Source of the DNA: Planctomycetota bacterium
Lineage (GTDB): Bacteria; Planctomycetota; UBA8742; UBA2392
Assembly: GCA_003576915.1 (NCBI GenBank)
Contig: QEVF01000011.1
Span: forward strand, 44,260-108,259
Length of the DNA stretch: 64,000 nucleotides
Direction of reading: 5' to 3'
Shown: positions 1-7,088 of the stretch, one piece after another
How the letters are laid out: the number at the start of each line of letters is the position of its first letter
Position numbering within the stretch: the stretch's first letter is position 1
Translations under genes and position numbers: made by a program
The notes under the pieces: generated by a model
Databases searched by the model: none
Told to the model about the DNA's origin: nothing
Seen by the model: the letters and a program-made list of their open reading frames with translations, nothing else

Positions 1-237
1 ATCGGCAAAGCCCTTGACCTGTATCGCATGGACCACGGCGTGTATCCCGACCGCCTGGACCAGCTTGCAGGCCGCCTGGACACCAGCAAACTGCACGATC
101 CGTTCACCCGGCTGCCCTACCGCTATGAGCGCGGGCCCGACGGCTCCACCTACACCCTGCAGTTTCTGGGCAAGGACGGCGCCGAGGGCGATGCGCCGCC
201 CCCCGACCAGGACATCGTGCTGACCGAGCGCGGCTGA
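1..237 (+). CDS. GspG-like major pseudopilin, C-terminal fragment (5' end outside window)
   Basis: Frame 1 is open from base 1 to TGA 235-237. Translation IGKALDLYRMDHGVYPDRLDQLAG..DPFTRLPYRYERGPDGSTYTLQFLGKDGAEGD..DQDI resembles the globular C-terminus of GspG/PulG pseudopilins and is a paralogue of the next ORF. Confidence 0.7.
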   Translation: MGKALDLYRMDHGVYPDRLDQLAGRLDTSKLHDPFTRLPYRYERGPDGSTYTLQFLGKDGAEGDAPPPDQDIVLTERG

Positions 238-367
238 CACCCCTTGGGGTTGTTGTGACGGGTTGGATTTTCCCCATCGCCGGGTCCGATTGTGCGTATC
301 ATGTTTGCGGGGCAGGCGCCTGAGAGGCGGCTTGCCGTCCGGGACCATGAGTTCTTTGGAGTGGAAC

Positions 368-766
368 ATGCAGCGCAAACGCAATCGCGGCTTTACCCTC
401 GTTGAGTTGATGGTGGTGATCGTCATTCTCGGAATCATCGGCACGGTCGCCTTTGTGTTCGTGATGGACAAGCCGGACAAGGCCAAGTGGGAAAAGGCGC
501 GCACGGAGATGGGTGAAGTCGTCAAGGCCCTGAACATGTACAACCTGGACAACGGCGAATACCCGGACTCCCTGGATGCCATCGCCGACCGCTTCAACAA
601 CAAGGTGCCGTCGGACCCCTTCAGCAAGCAGCCCTACGGCTATGAACGCACGGCCACGGGCTTCACCCTCGTGTGCCTGGGCAAAGACATGGCCGAGGGC
701 GGGGCCGAGGTGCCGGACAAAGACATCCGCGCCACCGAAAAAGGACTGGTGGACGAAGGCAAGTAG
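368..766 (+). CDS. gspG: GspG-like major pseudopilin with prepilin-type N-terminal cleavage/methylation site
   Basis: GGAG lies about 7 nt upstream of ATG 368 (alternative ATG at 347). N-terminus MQRKRNRG/FTLVELMVVIVILGIIG carries the G/FTLxE prepilin peptidase site plus a hydrophobic helix. C-terminus ..DPFSKQPYGYERTATGFTLVCLGKDMAEGG..DKDI. Confidence 0.85.
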   Translation: MQRKRNRGFTLVELMVVIVILGIIGTVAFVFVMDKPDKAKWEKARTEMGEVVKALNMYNLDNGEYPDSLDAIADRFNNKVPSDPFSKQPYGYERTATGFTLVCLGKDMAEGGAEVPDKDIRATEKGLVDEGK

Positions 767-848
767 CCATCGCGGGTGAACCAGGCCAGGGGGCGGGATT
801 CATCCCGCCTCTTTCCGTCCCCGCCGGCTTCCTGTTCGTTCAATAATC

Positions 849-1439
849 ATGCATGCCATCGCCCCATCACGCCCCGGTCGCGGCTTCACGCTTGTGGAGC
901 TGACCATGGTCGTGCTGCTCATGGGCCTGATGGTCATGGCCGTGTTCAGCGTGGGCTACTTCACGGCCCGGGACAGCGAAGACCTCAAAAGCCAGGCCCG
1001 GGCCCTGGCGGGCTTTCTGGAGTCCGTTCGCACCAACGCCGCGATCAAGGGCAAGCCCTACGCCGTCGAATACAACCTGGACGAGCAGTACTACTTCGCC
1101 TGGGTGCCGCGCGCCGGTGAAGGCGGCCAGGTCGTGGACCCCGAAGCCGAGGAAACCCGCGCCGCGGGCGCCTACATTCAGTTGCCCTCGCGCTTCACCG
1201 GGGCCAGAACCCGTGAATTCACCGTGTGGATTGACCGGATCACCTTTCCGGACGGCGCCGGCGAGTCCCGCGGCACGGTCAAGATCGAGTTCACGCCTTC
1301 GGGCGGCAGCCACTGGCATTACATCTACCTGCGCAACGTGCGCGACGAAGTCTACACCATCGAAGTGAACCCCTTCACCGGCATGGCTGAAGTGAGCCCC
1401 GGCGAACTGAGGCCCGAGCCGCCCGAGCGGCTGAAATAG
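849..1439 (+). CDS. Minor pseudopilin (GspH-like), prepilin-type N-terminus
   Basis: MHAIAPSRPGRG/FTLVELTMVVLLMGLMV prepilin motif. Lies in the pseudopilin operon directly after the gspG-like gene. Subfamily assignment is tentative. Confidence 0.75.
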   Translation: MHAIAPSRPGRGFTLVELTMVVLLMGLMVMAVFSVGYFTARDSEDLKSQARALAGFLESVRTNAAIKGKPYAVEYNLDEQYYFAWVPRAGEGGQVVDPEAEETRAAGAYIQLPSRFTGARTREFTVWIDRITFPDGAGESRGTVKIEFTPSGGSHWHYIYLRNVRDEVYTIEVNPFTGMAEVSPGELRPEPPERLK

Positions 1440-1445
1440 ACCCCC

Positions 1446-2189
1446 ATGCCTGCCTGCGCCCACAACCCGAGTGCGAGTAGACGCGGCTTTGCCCTGCTGG
1501 AGGTCATGATTGCCGTGCTGATCATGGGCTTTGCCCTCATGTTCCTGCTTCAGATCCGCAACCAGACGATCTCCAGCTACGCCTTCAGCGGCGACCAGCA
1601 CACGGCCCGCTGGCTGGCTGAACTGAAGATGAACGAAATCATGAGCCAGGACCTCCCGGACCCCGAGAGTGAGGACAGCTACCTGCTGACGGGCGAGGGC
1701 AACTTCGGCGACTACGACGCCCGAGTCCATGATTTCAACCGCCGCGCCAATGAAGGCTGGGTCGAGCGCGACTACCTGTCCCGCTTTGAGTACCGCTGGA
1801 CCAAGGAACTGATCTTCGTGACGCAGGGCTTCACCGGCAACAAGGAGGCCCTCGACAACTGGGAGCAGCCCGTGGACAGCCAGGGCAATCCCACCGAGGA
1901 GAAAGACCCCCGCACCCAGCCCTCGGCCCGCGTGATTCGCGTGACCCTTGAAGTGATCATGCCCCTGTCACGCGGCCGCGACAGCGAAGGCGAAACCGAG
2001 AGCGAGACCCAACTGGAAAAGCGCCGAACCATCAAGCTGGTGACCTACGTTGATCCGGCGCAGCTCAAGCGCGCCGCCCAGGAGGAAACAGCGGCAACGG
2101 GCGGTACGGGCGGCACCGGCGGCACGGGCGGCACGGGCGGCACCGGCGGTACCGGCGGCACGGGCGGCACGGGAGGCACAGGACGGTGA
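1446..2189 (+). CDS. Minor pseudopilin (GspI/K-like, unusually long) with C-terminal (Gly-Gly-Thr)x9 tail
   Basis: ..ASRRG/FALLEVMIAVLIMGFAL prepilin motif. 247 aa. The tail is GGTGGTGGT...GR. Its TGA overlaps the GTG of the next ORF (GTGA at 2186-2189). Confidence 0.75.
   Translation: MPACAHNPSASRRGFALLEVMIAVLIMGFALMFLLQIRNQTISSYAFSGDQHTARWLAELKMNEIMSQDLPDPESEDSYLLTGEGNFGDYDARVHDFNRRANEGWVERDYLSRFEYRWTKELIFVTQGFTGNKEALDNWEQPVDSQGNPTEEKDPRTQPSARVIRVTLEVIMPLSRGRDSEGETESETQLEKRRTIKLVTYVDPAQLKRAAQEETAATGGTGGTGGTGGTGGTGGTGGTGGTGGTGR
2100..2180 (+). repeat. Nine tandem 9-bp units encoding (Gly-Gly-Thr)9
   Basis: In-frame units ggc-ggt-acg / ggc-ggc-acc / ggc-ggc-acg ... gga-ggc-aca. The units differ at synonymous positions. 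Confidence 0.95.
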
Positions 2190-3034
2190 ACCGGCTCCAC
2201 GCCCATCAACGTCGTCTCGCCCGCGGCTTCACGCTGCTGGAGCTCGTGCTCACCATGGTGATCACCGGCACCCTGCTGGCGAGCCTCACAGTCATCGTCA
2301 TCTCGACCGTGGATGTCAAAGTGCGCCTGGAGAGCGAAACCAGGGCGCGGAAGCTGGGCCCCGCCATCCTCGAGATCATCTCGCGCGACCTGCGCAACGC
2401 CTGGGCCACGGGGCCCGACAAAAGCGAGAACAAGGGCGAAGAGGTCAAGATCGAAGGTCAGTTCTTCAAGGGAGCACACAACGGCGACAACGACTCCGGC
2501 GCCGACGAAGTCTGGTTCGTGACGACGGTGGACTCCTACATGCGCTATGAGGGCCTGCGGGCAGACCTTTGCGAGGTGGGCTATTACGTCAGGAAGAACC
2601 CCGAAGGCGGCCTGAGCTCCCTCTATCGCCGCGAGGATTTCTCCATCGACAAGCGCCCCGACGAAGGCGGGCTGGGCGTGCGCCTGAGCGACCGCGTTGT
2701 CAGTTTCCGCATCCGCTACTACGACCGCCCCAAGAACGACGAAGACCCCAAGGCATACGAAGAAGTCGTGCGCAAGGACGGCAAGTTCCAGGAAGACGAC
2801 TGGGACATCGAAAAGCACCAGCGCCTTCCTTATGCCGTGCGCATCGAACTCGTCCTCGACGTCACCCCGGCTGACTCCTACAAGCGCGGCAGGGAAAGGC
2901 GCATCGGCGTCTATGAGACCCTCGTGCGCATGCCTGACATCCCCAAGCTGGATGACAAGTATCAGCTCTACCAGTTGGCCCTGCCCACCGAACCCAAGCC
3001 CGAAGACGCCAAGAAACCCGCCGAGAAGAAGTAG
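2186..3034 (+). CDS. Minor pseudopilin (GspJ-like), prepilin-type N-terminus
   Basis: ..RRLARG/FTLLELVLTMVITGTLLASL prepilin motif. 282 aa. GTG start overlaps the upstream stop. Subfamily assignment is tentative. Confidence 0.75.
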   Translation: MNRLHAHQRRLARGFTLLELVLTMVITGTLLASLTVIVISTVDVKVRLESETRARKLGPAILEIISRDLRNAWATGPDKSENKGEEVKIEGQFFKGAHNGDNDSGADEVWFVTTVDSYMRYEGLRADLCEVGYYVRKNPEGGLSSLYRREDFSIDKRPDEGGLGVRLSDRVVSFRIRYYDRPKNDEDPKAYEEVVRKDGKFQEDDWDIEKHQRLPYAVRIELVLDVTPADSYKRGRERRIGVYETLVRMPDIPKLDDKYQLYQLALPTEPKPEDAKKPAEKK

Positions 3035-3112
3035 GGCCGGGGCCGGAGCCCTCACGCTTGAGAAGCCGCCGCGCCATCGGTAAAACCGTGCCGCAAACCA
3101 GAAAGGCAGAAC

Positions 3113-4888
3113 ATGGCCGGCATGGCACCGTCACCAGCACCCGCTACCGTCAACATCAAGATTGATGGCGTCCCCTATACAGTGCCCAAGGGCGCCAACG
3201 TGCTGGATGTCTGTCTCAAGGCCGGCCGCCAGAACCAGGACTACCCCGATCAGCGCGAGGGGGGCCCCCACTACGTGCCGCACTTCTGCTGGCACCCGGG
3301 CCTGAGCATTTCCGGCAACTGCCGCATGTGCTTTGTCAAGGTCACCACGTACATGAAGAAGGGCGATCAGATGGTGCCGAACACCATGCCGACCATCGCC
3401 TGCAACAGCGTGGTCGCTGAGGGCATGGAGATCGACACCAGGTCTGACGAGGTGCAGAAGATCCGCGCCGGCATCATGGACCTTGAGCTGCTCAACCACC
3501 CGCTGGACTGCCCGGAGTGCGACAAGGCCGGCGAGTGCCGCCTGCAGGACTACGACTACGACTACGGCAACGACCACAGCAAGTTCGACTTCAAGAAGGT
3601 GGACCGGCACATCAAGAGCCTGGGCTCGAAGATCAACATCTGGGGCACGCGCTGCATCCTGTGTTCGCGCTGCATTCGCGTCTGTGACGAAGTCTCGGGC
3701 ACGAGCGAGCTGGCCTTTGTCAACCGCGGCGACCGCAGCGTGATTGACATTTTCCCCACCCGCCCGCTGGAAAACGAACTGGCGCTGAACACGGTCGAGG
3801 TATGCCCCGTGGGCGCGCTCAAGAACAAGGACTTCCTGTACACGGCGCGGGTGTGGAACCTCGAGGAAAACGCCGGGGTCTGCGGCCTCTGCTCCAAGGG
3901 CTGCGCCACGCGTGTCGATTCGCTCAAGGGCGTCGTCAAGCGCATCATGGCGCGCGAGAACGTCGCCGTGAACCAGTACTGGCTGTGCGACCAGGGCCGC
4001 CTTGACTTCAAGTGGGTCAACGGCGACAAGCGCTTTGACCGGCCCCTGCTCAAGGCCTCCAGCGGACCGGACAAGTCCGTGAGCTGGGCCAAGGGTTACG
4101 CGGCCGCCGCCGAGTTGCTCCAGAAGGCCGCGACTGACAGCGCCAACGCCTGGGCCCTGATTCACGCCAGCGCCACCAACGAAGAACTCTGGCTCTTCAA
4201 GAAGCTGACCCAGGCCCTGGGCATCACGAACATCGCCGTGATCGCCGCCCCGGACCGCAAGCCCATCGATCTCAAGGGCTTCAAGGCGCCGGCCGACGCC
4301 AACGCCAACCGCGCCGGCGCGCGCCTGGTGCTGGGCGTTGCCAGCGCGGAGGAAAGCCTGACGCGCTTCATCGAAGCCGCCAAAAGCTCCAAAGCCCGCC
4401 ACGTCCTCGTGGTCAGCGGCCTGCCCCACGGTTTTGAAGGCCTGAGCGCCCTGACTGAGGCCCTGGGCCAGCAGTCTGTCGAGAACATCGTCGCGCTTGA
4501 CTTCCAGCAGGGCCTGCTGACCGAGCTGGCCCAGGTCTCGCTCGCGAGCCAGACCTGGTTTGAAACCGGCGGAAGCTGGATCAACGCCGACCACCGCCTC
4601 CAGGCCTTCCGCCCCGCCCTGCCCTTTGGCATCAAGGGGCGCCCCGTCACCGAAATCCTGCAGGAGCTGCTCAGCCGCGTCGCGCCCCAAGGCGCGCCGA
4701 TGGCCGCAGCGCCCGCGGCCCAGGCCGCCGGGGCGGCCACCGCCGTGGCCGCGCCGCCCGTCACCCGGCCGCGCGTGGTGCTGGGCGCGGCGGCCCTGTT
4801 CGATGAGATGGCCGCTCAAGTCGAGTCGCTCAAGGGACACAGCCACCTGAGCCTCGTGCGCAGCAAAGGCGCCAGGGTCGAGCTCTAG
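3113..4888 (+). CDS. nuoG: NADH-quinone oxidoreductase subunit G-like Fe-S protein (short form, isolated from other nuo genes)
   Basis: N-terminal 2Fe-2S ferredoxin-like VNIKIDGVPYTVPKGANVLDVC..HFCWHPGLSISGNCRMCFVKV. Then HPLDCPECDKAGECRLQDY, RCILCSRCIRVCDEV and CPVGAL cluster motifs typical of NuoG/Nqo3. Confidence 0.8.
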   Translation: MAGMAPSPAPATVNIKIDGVPYTVPKGANVLDVCLKAGRQNQDYPDQREGGPHYVPHFCWHPGLSISGNCRMCFVKVTTYMKKGDQMVPNTMPTIACNSVVAEGMEIDTRSDEVQKIRAGIMDLELLNHPLDCPECDKAGECRLQDYDYDYGNDHSKFDFKKVDRHIKSLGSKINIWGTRCILCSRCIRVCDEVSGTSELAFVNRGDRSVIDIFPTRPLENELALNTVEVCPVGALKNKDFLYTARVWNLEENAGVCGLCSKGCATRVDSLKGVVKRIMARENVAVNQYWLCDQGRLDFKWVNGDKRFDRPLLKASSGPDKSVSWAKGYAAAAELLQKAATDSANAWALIHASATNEELWLFKKLTQALGITNIAVIAAPDRKPIDLKGFKAPADANANRAGARLVLGVASAEESLTRFIEAAKSSKARHVLVVSGLPHGFEGLSALTEALGQQSVENIVALDFQQGLLTELAQVSLASQTWFETGGSWINADHRLQAFRPALPFGIKGRPVTEILQELLSRVAPQGAPMAAAPAAQAAGAATAVAAPPVTRPRVVLGAAALFDEMAAQVESLKGHSHLSLVRSKGARVEL

Positions 4889-4897
4889 CCAATGGCT

Positions 4898-5043
4898 GAA
4901 GTACGGCCTGTGAGCGCAAGCCATGGAAGGCTTGCGCATTTCAGGCGGCTGGAAAGCCGCTTGAAATGGAGGTCGGGCGGAATTCACTTCGGCGCGACCG
5001 GGCTGAAAAGGTGGCTGGATGCCACTTTTTCAACAACCTGCCA
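4898..5043 (+). repeat. Intergenic four-hairpin repeat element, copy 1 (full length)
   Basis: Hairpins gcgcaagcc-atggaa-ggcttgcgc (4914-4937), atttcaggcggc-tggaaa-gccgcttgaaat (4938-4967), ggtcgggc..gcgcgacc (4971-4999), ctgaaaaggtggc-tggat-gccactttttca (5004-5032). Alignable end to end with 19142-19283. Confidence 0.85.
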
Positions 5044-5053
5044 AGGTCCCTGA

Positions 5054-6322
5054 TCAGTTCTGGAAGACGGGCAGATATCCGGCCGGGATATTCAGGATCA
5101 GACAGGCCATGGCCGTGGCGTAGGCATTGCGGTCAGGGTCGTAGCCGCCGATTTCGTCAGTCCAGGCGCCGTTGCCGTGCTGCATTTTCAGAAAGTTGAT
5201 GCGGTTGGTGCGGTTCCACTCCACCCAGGCGCGCTCGCCCGCAGGCCCGCTGAACTGATACTGAAAGAAGGCCTGGGCCGCATAGTAGTGGCCATACCAG
5301 AAGCCGTAGCTGTGGCTCCAGCGGCGCGTGGGCGAAATGGCCCCCCCCTCCTCCACCTCGGGGCGCAGGCGCTGCAGGTAAACAAAGCTCTTGTTCAGGT
5401 CGATGGTCTTGGTCAGCGTCTGGCCCGTCAACTCGCTGCGATAGGTCCAGGAATGGCTGCTGTACTCGCCCGCGCTCTGCAGCGCAACGACGCCCGCGGC
5501 CGTCAGAGAGAACGTGTCGCGCGGGTCGTAGTCGCGCTCCAGTTGATACATGAAGCCGCCCGGGGGGTTGAAGCCGTTGCCGCGCGTGCGGTAGCTGCGC
5601 CGGACGTAATCCTTGGCGGCTTCAATGGTGCCGGAAGGCACGTTGACGCCGACGTTGGCAGCCGCGCGCAGGGCCTGAAGCTGGCACACGCACACGCTCA
5701 TGTCGCTTTCGTTCTGGTTGGGAATGTAGCGCCAGGCGCCGTACTGGTTCTGGGAGTCGATGATGAATTTGGTGGCGCCCCGCAGGTGGCGGAGCACGAC
5801 CTCGTCGCGGGTCATGCCGTAGACCTCGGCCAGCAGCAGCGTGCAGAAGGAGTGCTCATACATGCGCGTGCCGTAGGCGGAAATCCAGCCCCGCTGGGGG
5901 TCCACGCAGTCCATGATGAACTTGAGTCCCCGGGCCACGGTGAACCGGAACTCACCGCGGTCGGGGGTGTGGCCGGCGGCCAGAAACGCCATGCAGCAGA
6001 TGGCCGTCACGCCGACGTTGGGCTTGCCGTAGCCGTCGGGGTTGATCTGGTATTCGTCGCCCAGCTTGTTGCCGATATTGTTGATCCAGGAGCCGTCGTT
6101 CTGCTGGATGCGGGCCAGGTGGCGCAGGCCCTTCTCGACGGCCTCCTTCACGCGCAGGTCGTCGGAGGTGGGGCGGGGGTCTTTTTCTTCGTCGGTGTCA
6201 ATGCCGCCGCGCGGGCTGCTGGGATCCACACCGCTGTCGTCGCGCTGGGCGCTCAACGTGAGCGAACCGGCGGCCATAAGGCCGGCGCAGAGCGCGAAGG
6301 CAAACAGGATACGCCTGAGCAT
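5054..6322 (-). CDS. Secreted prenyltransferase/squalene-cyclase-like (QW-repeat alpha/alpha toroid) protein
   Basis: Start taken at MLRRILFAFALCAGLMAAGSLTLSAQ (signal peptide), which is internal to tracked ORF 5054..6547. QW-like motifs RIQQNDGSWIN, DSQNQYGAWRY, KMQHGNGAWTD. Confidence 0.8.
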   Translation of the reverse strand: MLRRILFAFALCAGLMAAGSLTLSAQRDDSGVDPSSPRGGIDTDEEKDPRPTSDDLRVKEAVEKGLRHLARIQQNDGSWINNIGNKLGDEYQINPDGYGKPNVGVTAICCMAFLAAGHTPDRGEFRFTVARGLKFIMDCVDPQRGWISAYGTRMYEHSFCTLLLAEVYGMTRDEVVLRHLRGATKFIIDSQNQYGAWRYIPNQNESDMSVCVCQLQALRAAANVGVNVPSGTIEAAKDYVRRSYRTRGNGFNPPGGFMYQLERDYDPRDTFSLTAAGVVALQSAGEYSSHSWTYRSELTGQTLTKTIDLNKSFVYLQRLRPEVEEGGAISPTRRWSHSYGFWYGHYYAAQAFFQYQFSGPAGERAWVEWNRTNRINFLKMQHGNGAWTDEIGGYDPDRNAYATAMACLILNIPAGYLPVFQN

Positions 6323-6324
6323 GG

Positions 6325-6540
6325 CTACTCCGACTTTTCCAGTCTCTCGGGGCGCCGGCCGGACATCCGCTCCAGCATCACCCCGGTAAAGAACGCCACC
6401 ACACCGCCCGCCGCCAGCCAGGTTTCCGCCCTGAAGTCGCCTCCGGGAATGCCGATGACGATGGCCAGGGGCAACGCAATCAGTCCCAGCACCTCCAGGC
6501 CCTTGGCAAACCAGTAAACCAGCGCGCTTCCCACAGGCAC
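6325..6540 (-). CDS. Small two-helix membrane protein (hypothetical)
   Basis: 71 aa with two hydrophobic stretches (LEVLGLIALPLAIVIGIP; LAAGGVVAFFTGVML). Its stop lies 2 nt from the ATG of the downstream toroid gene. No family recognised. Confidence 0.5.
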   Translation of the reverse strand: MPVGSALVYWFAKGLEVLGLIALPLAIVIGIPGGDFRAETWLAAGGVVAFFTGVMLERMSGRRPERLEKSE

Positions 6541-6682
6541 TCCACAAAATCGCTTCAGGATTATACGAACAGGGGCGCGGCTACGTCACCCAAACCGCCC
6601 TGGCCGGCGAGAGCCTTGTGACTCCTGCATGCGCCGCCGGCCGGGAAACCTGGAAAAGGCCATCCGAAGGGAGCATCGACCC

Positions 6683-7018
6683 ATGTTCGCCCATACACCT
6701 CCGCCGCCCTATTACGCCGTGATCTTCACCAGTCTGCGCACCCCGGGCGACCAGGGCTACGAAGCCATGGCCCGGCGCATGTTGGAGCTGGCCGCCCGGC
6801 AACCCGGCTATCTGGGAGTAGAGAGCGCTCGCGGCTCTGACGGACTGGGCATTACGGTGAGCTACTGGCGCAGCGAAGCCGACATCGCGGCCTGGAAGGC
6901 CAACGCCGAACACCAGTTGGCGCAGCACAAGGGCAGGCAGACCTGGTACGAGGGCTTCTTCACGAGGGTGGCCAGGGTGGAGCGGGAGGGGCCACGCCCT
7001 GCTGACGGGGCAAAGTGA
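6683..7018 (+). CDS. Antibiotic-biosynthesis-monooxygenase (ABM/Dabb) domain protein
   Basis: MFAHTPPPPYYAVIFTS..YEAMARRMLELAARQPGYLGVES..ITVSYWRSEADIAAWKANAEHQLAQ fits the ferredoxin-like ABM pattern. Start chosen at an internal Met of ORF 6629..7018. Confidence 0.7.
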   Translation: MFAHTPPPPYYAVIFTSLRTPGDQGYEAMARRMLELAARQPGYLGVESARGSDGLGITVSYWRSEADIAAWKANAEHQLAQHKGRQTWYEGFFTRVARVEREGPRPADGAK

Positions 7019-7088
7019 GCCCCTGCCGAGCTTCACTTCAGGCAGCTTTTCACCGGCCTGTCCAAAGCCGCGAGCTATTCTAGGCAAC

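Noticed and set aside
2100-2180. Considered whether the 9-bp and 15-bp tandem repeats (2100-2180 and 32535-32588), or the dispersed hairpin elements, could be CRISPR arrays.
   Set aside because: The tandem repeats are in-frame coding repeats (GGT and KKEEP) with no spacers. The hairpin elements are single copies at separate loci, not repeat-spacer arrays. No cas genes are present.
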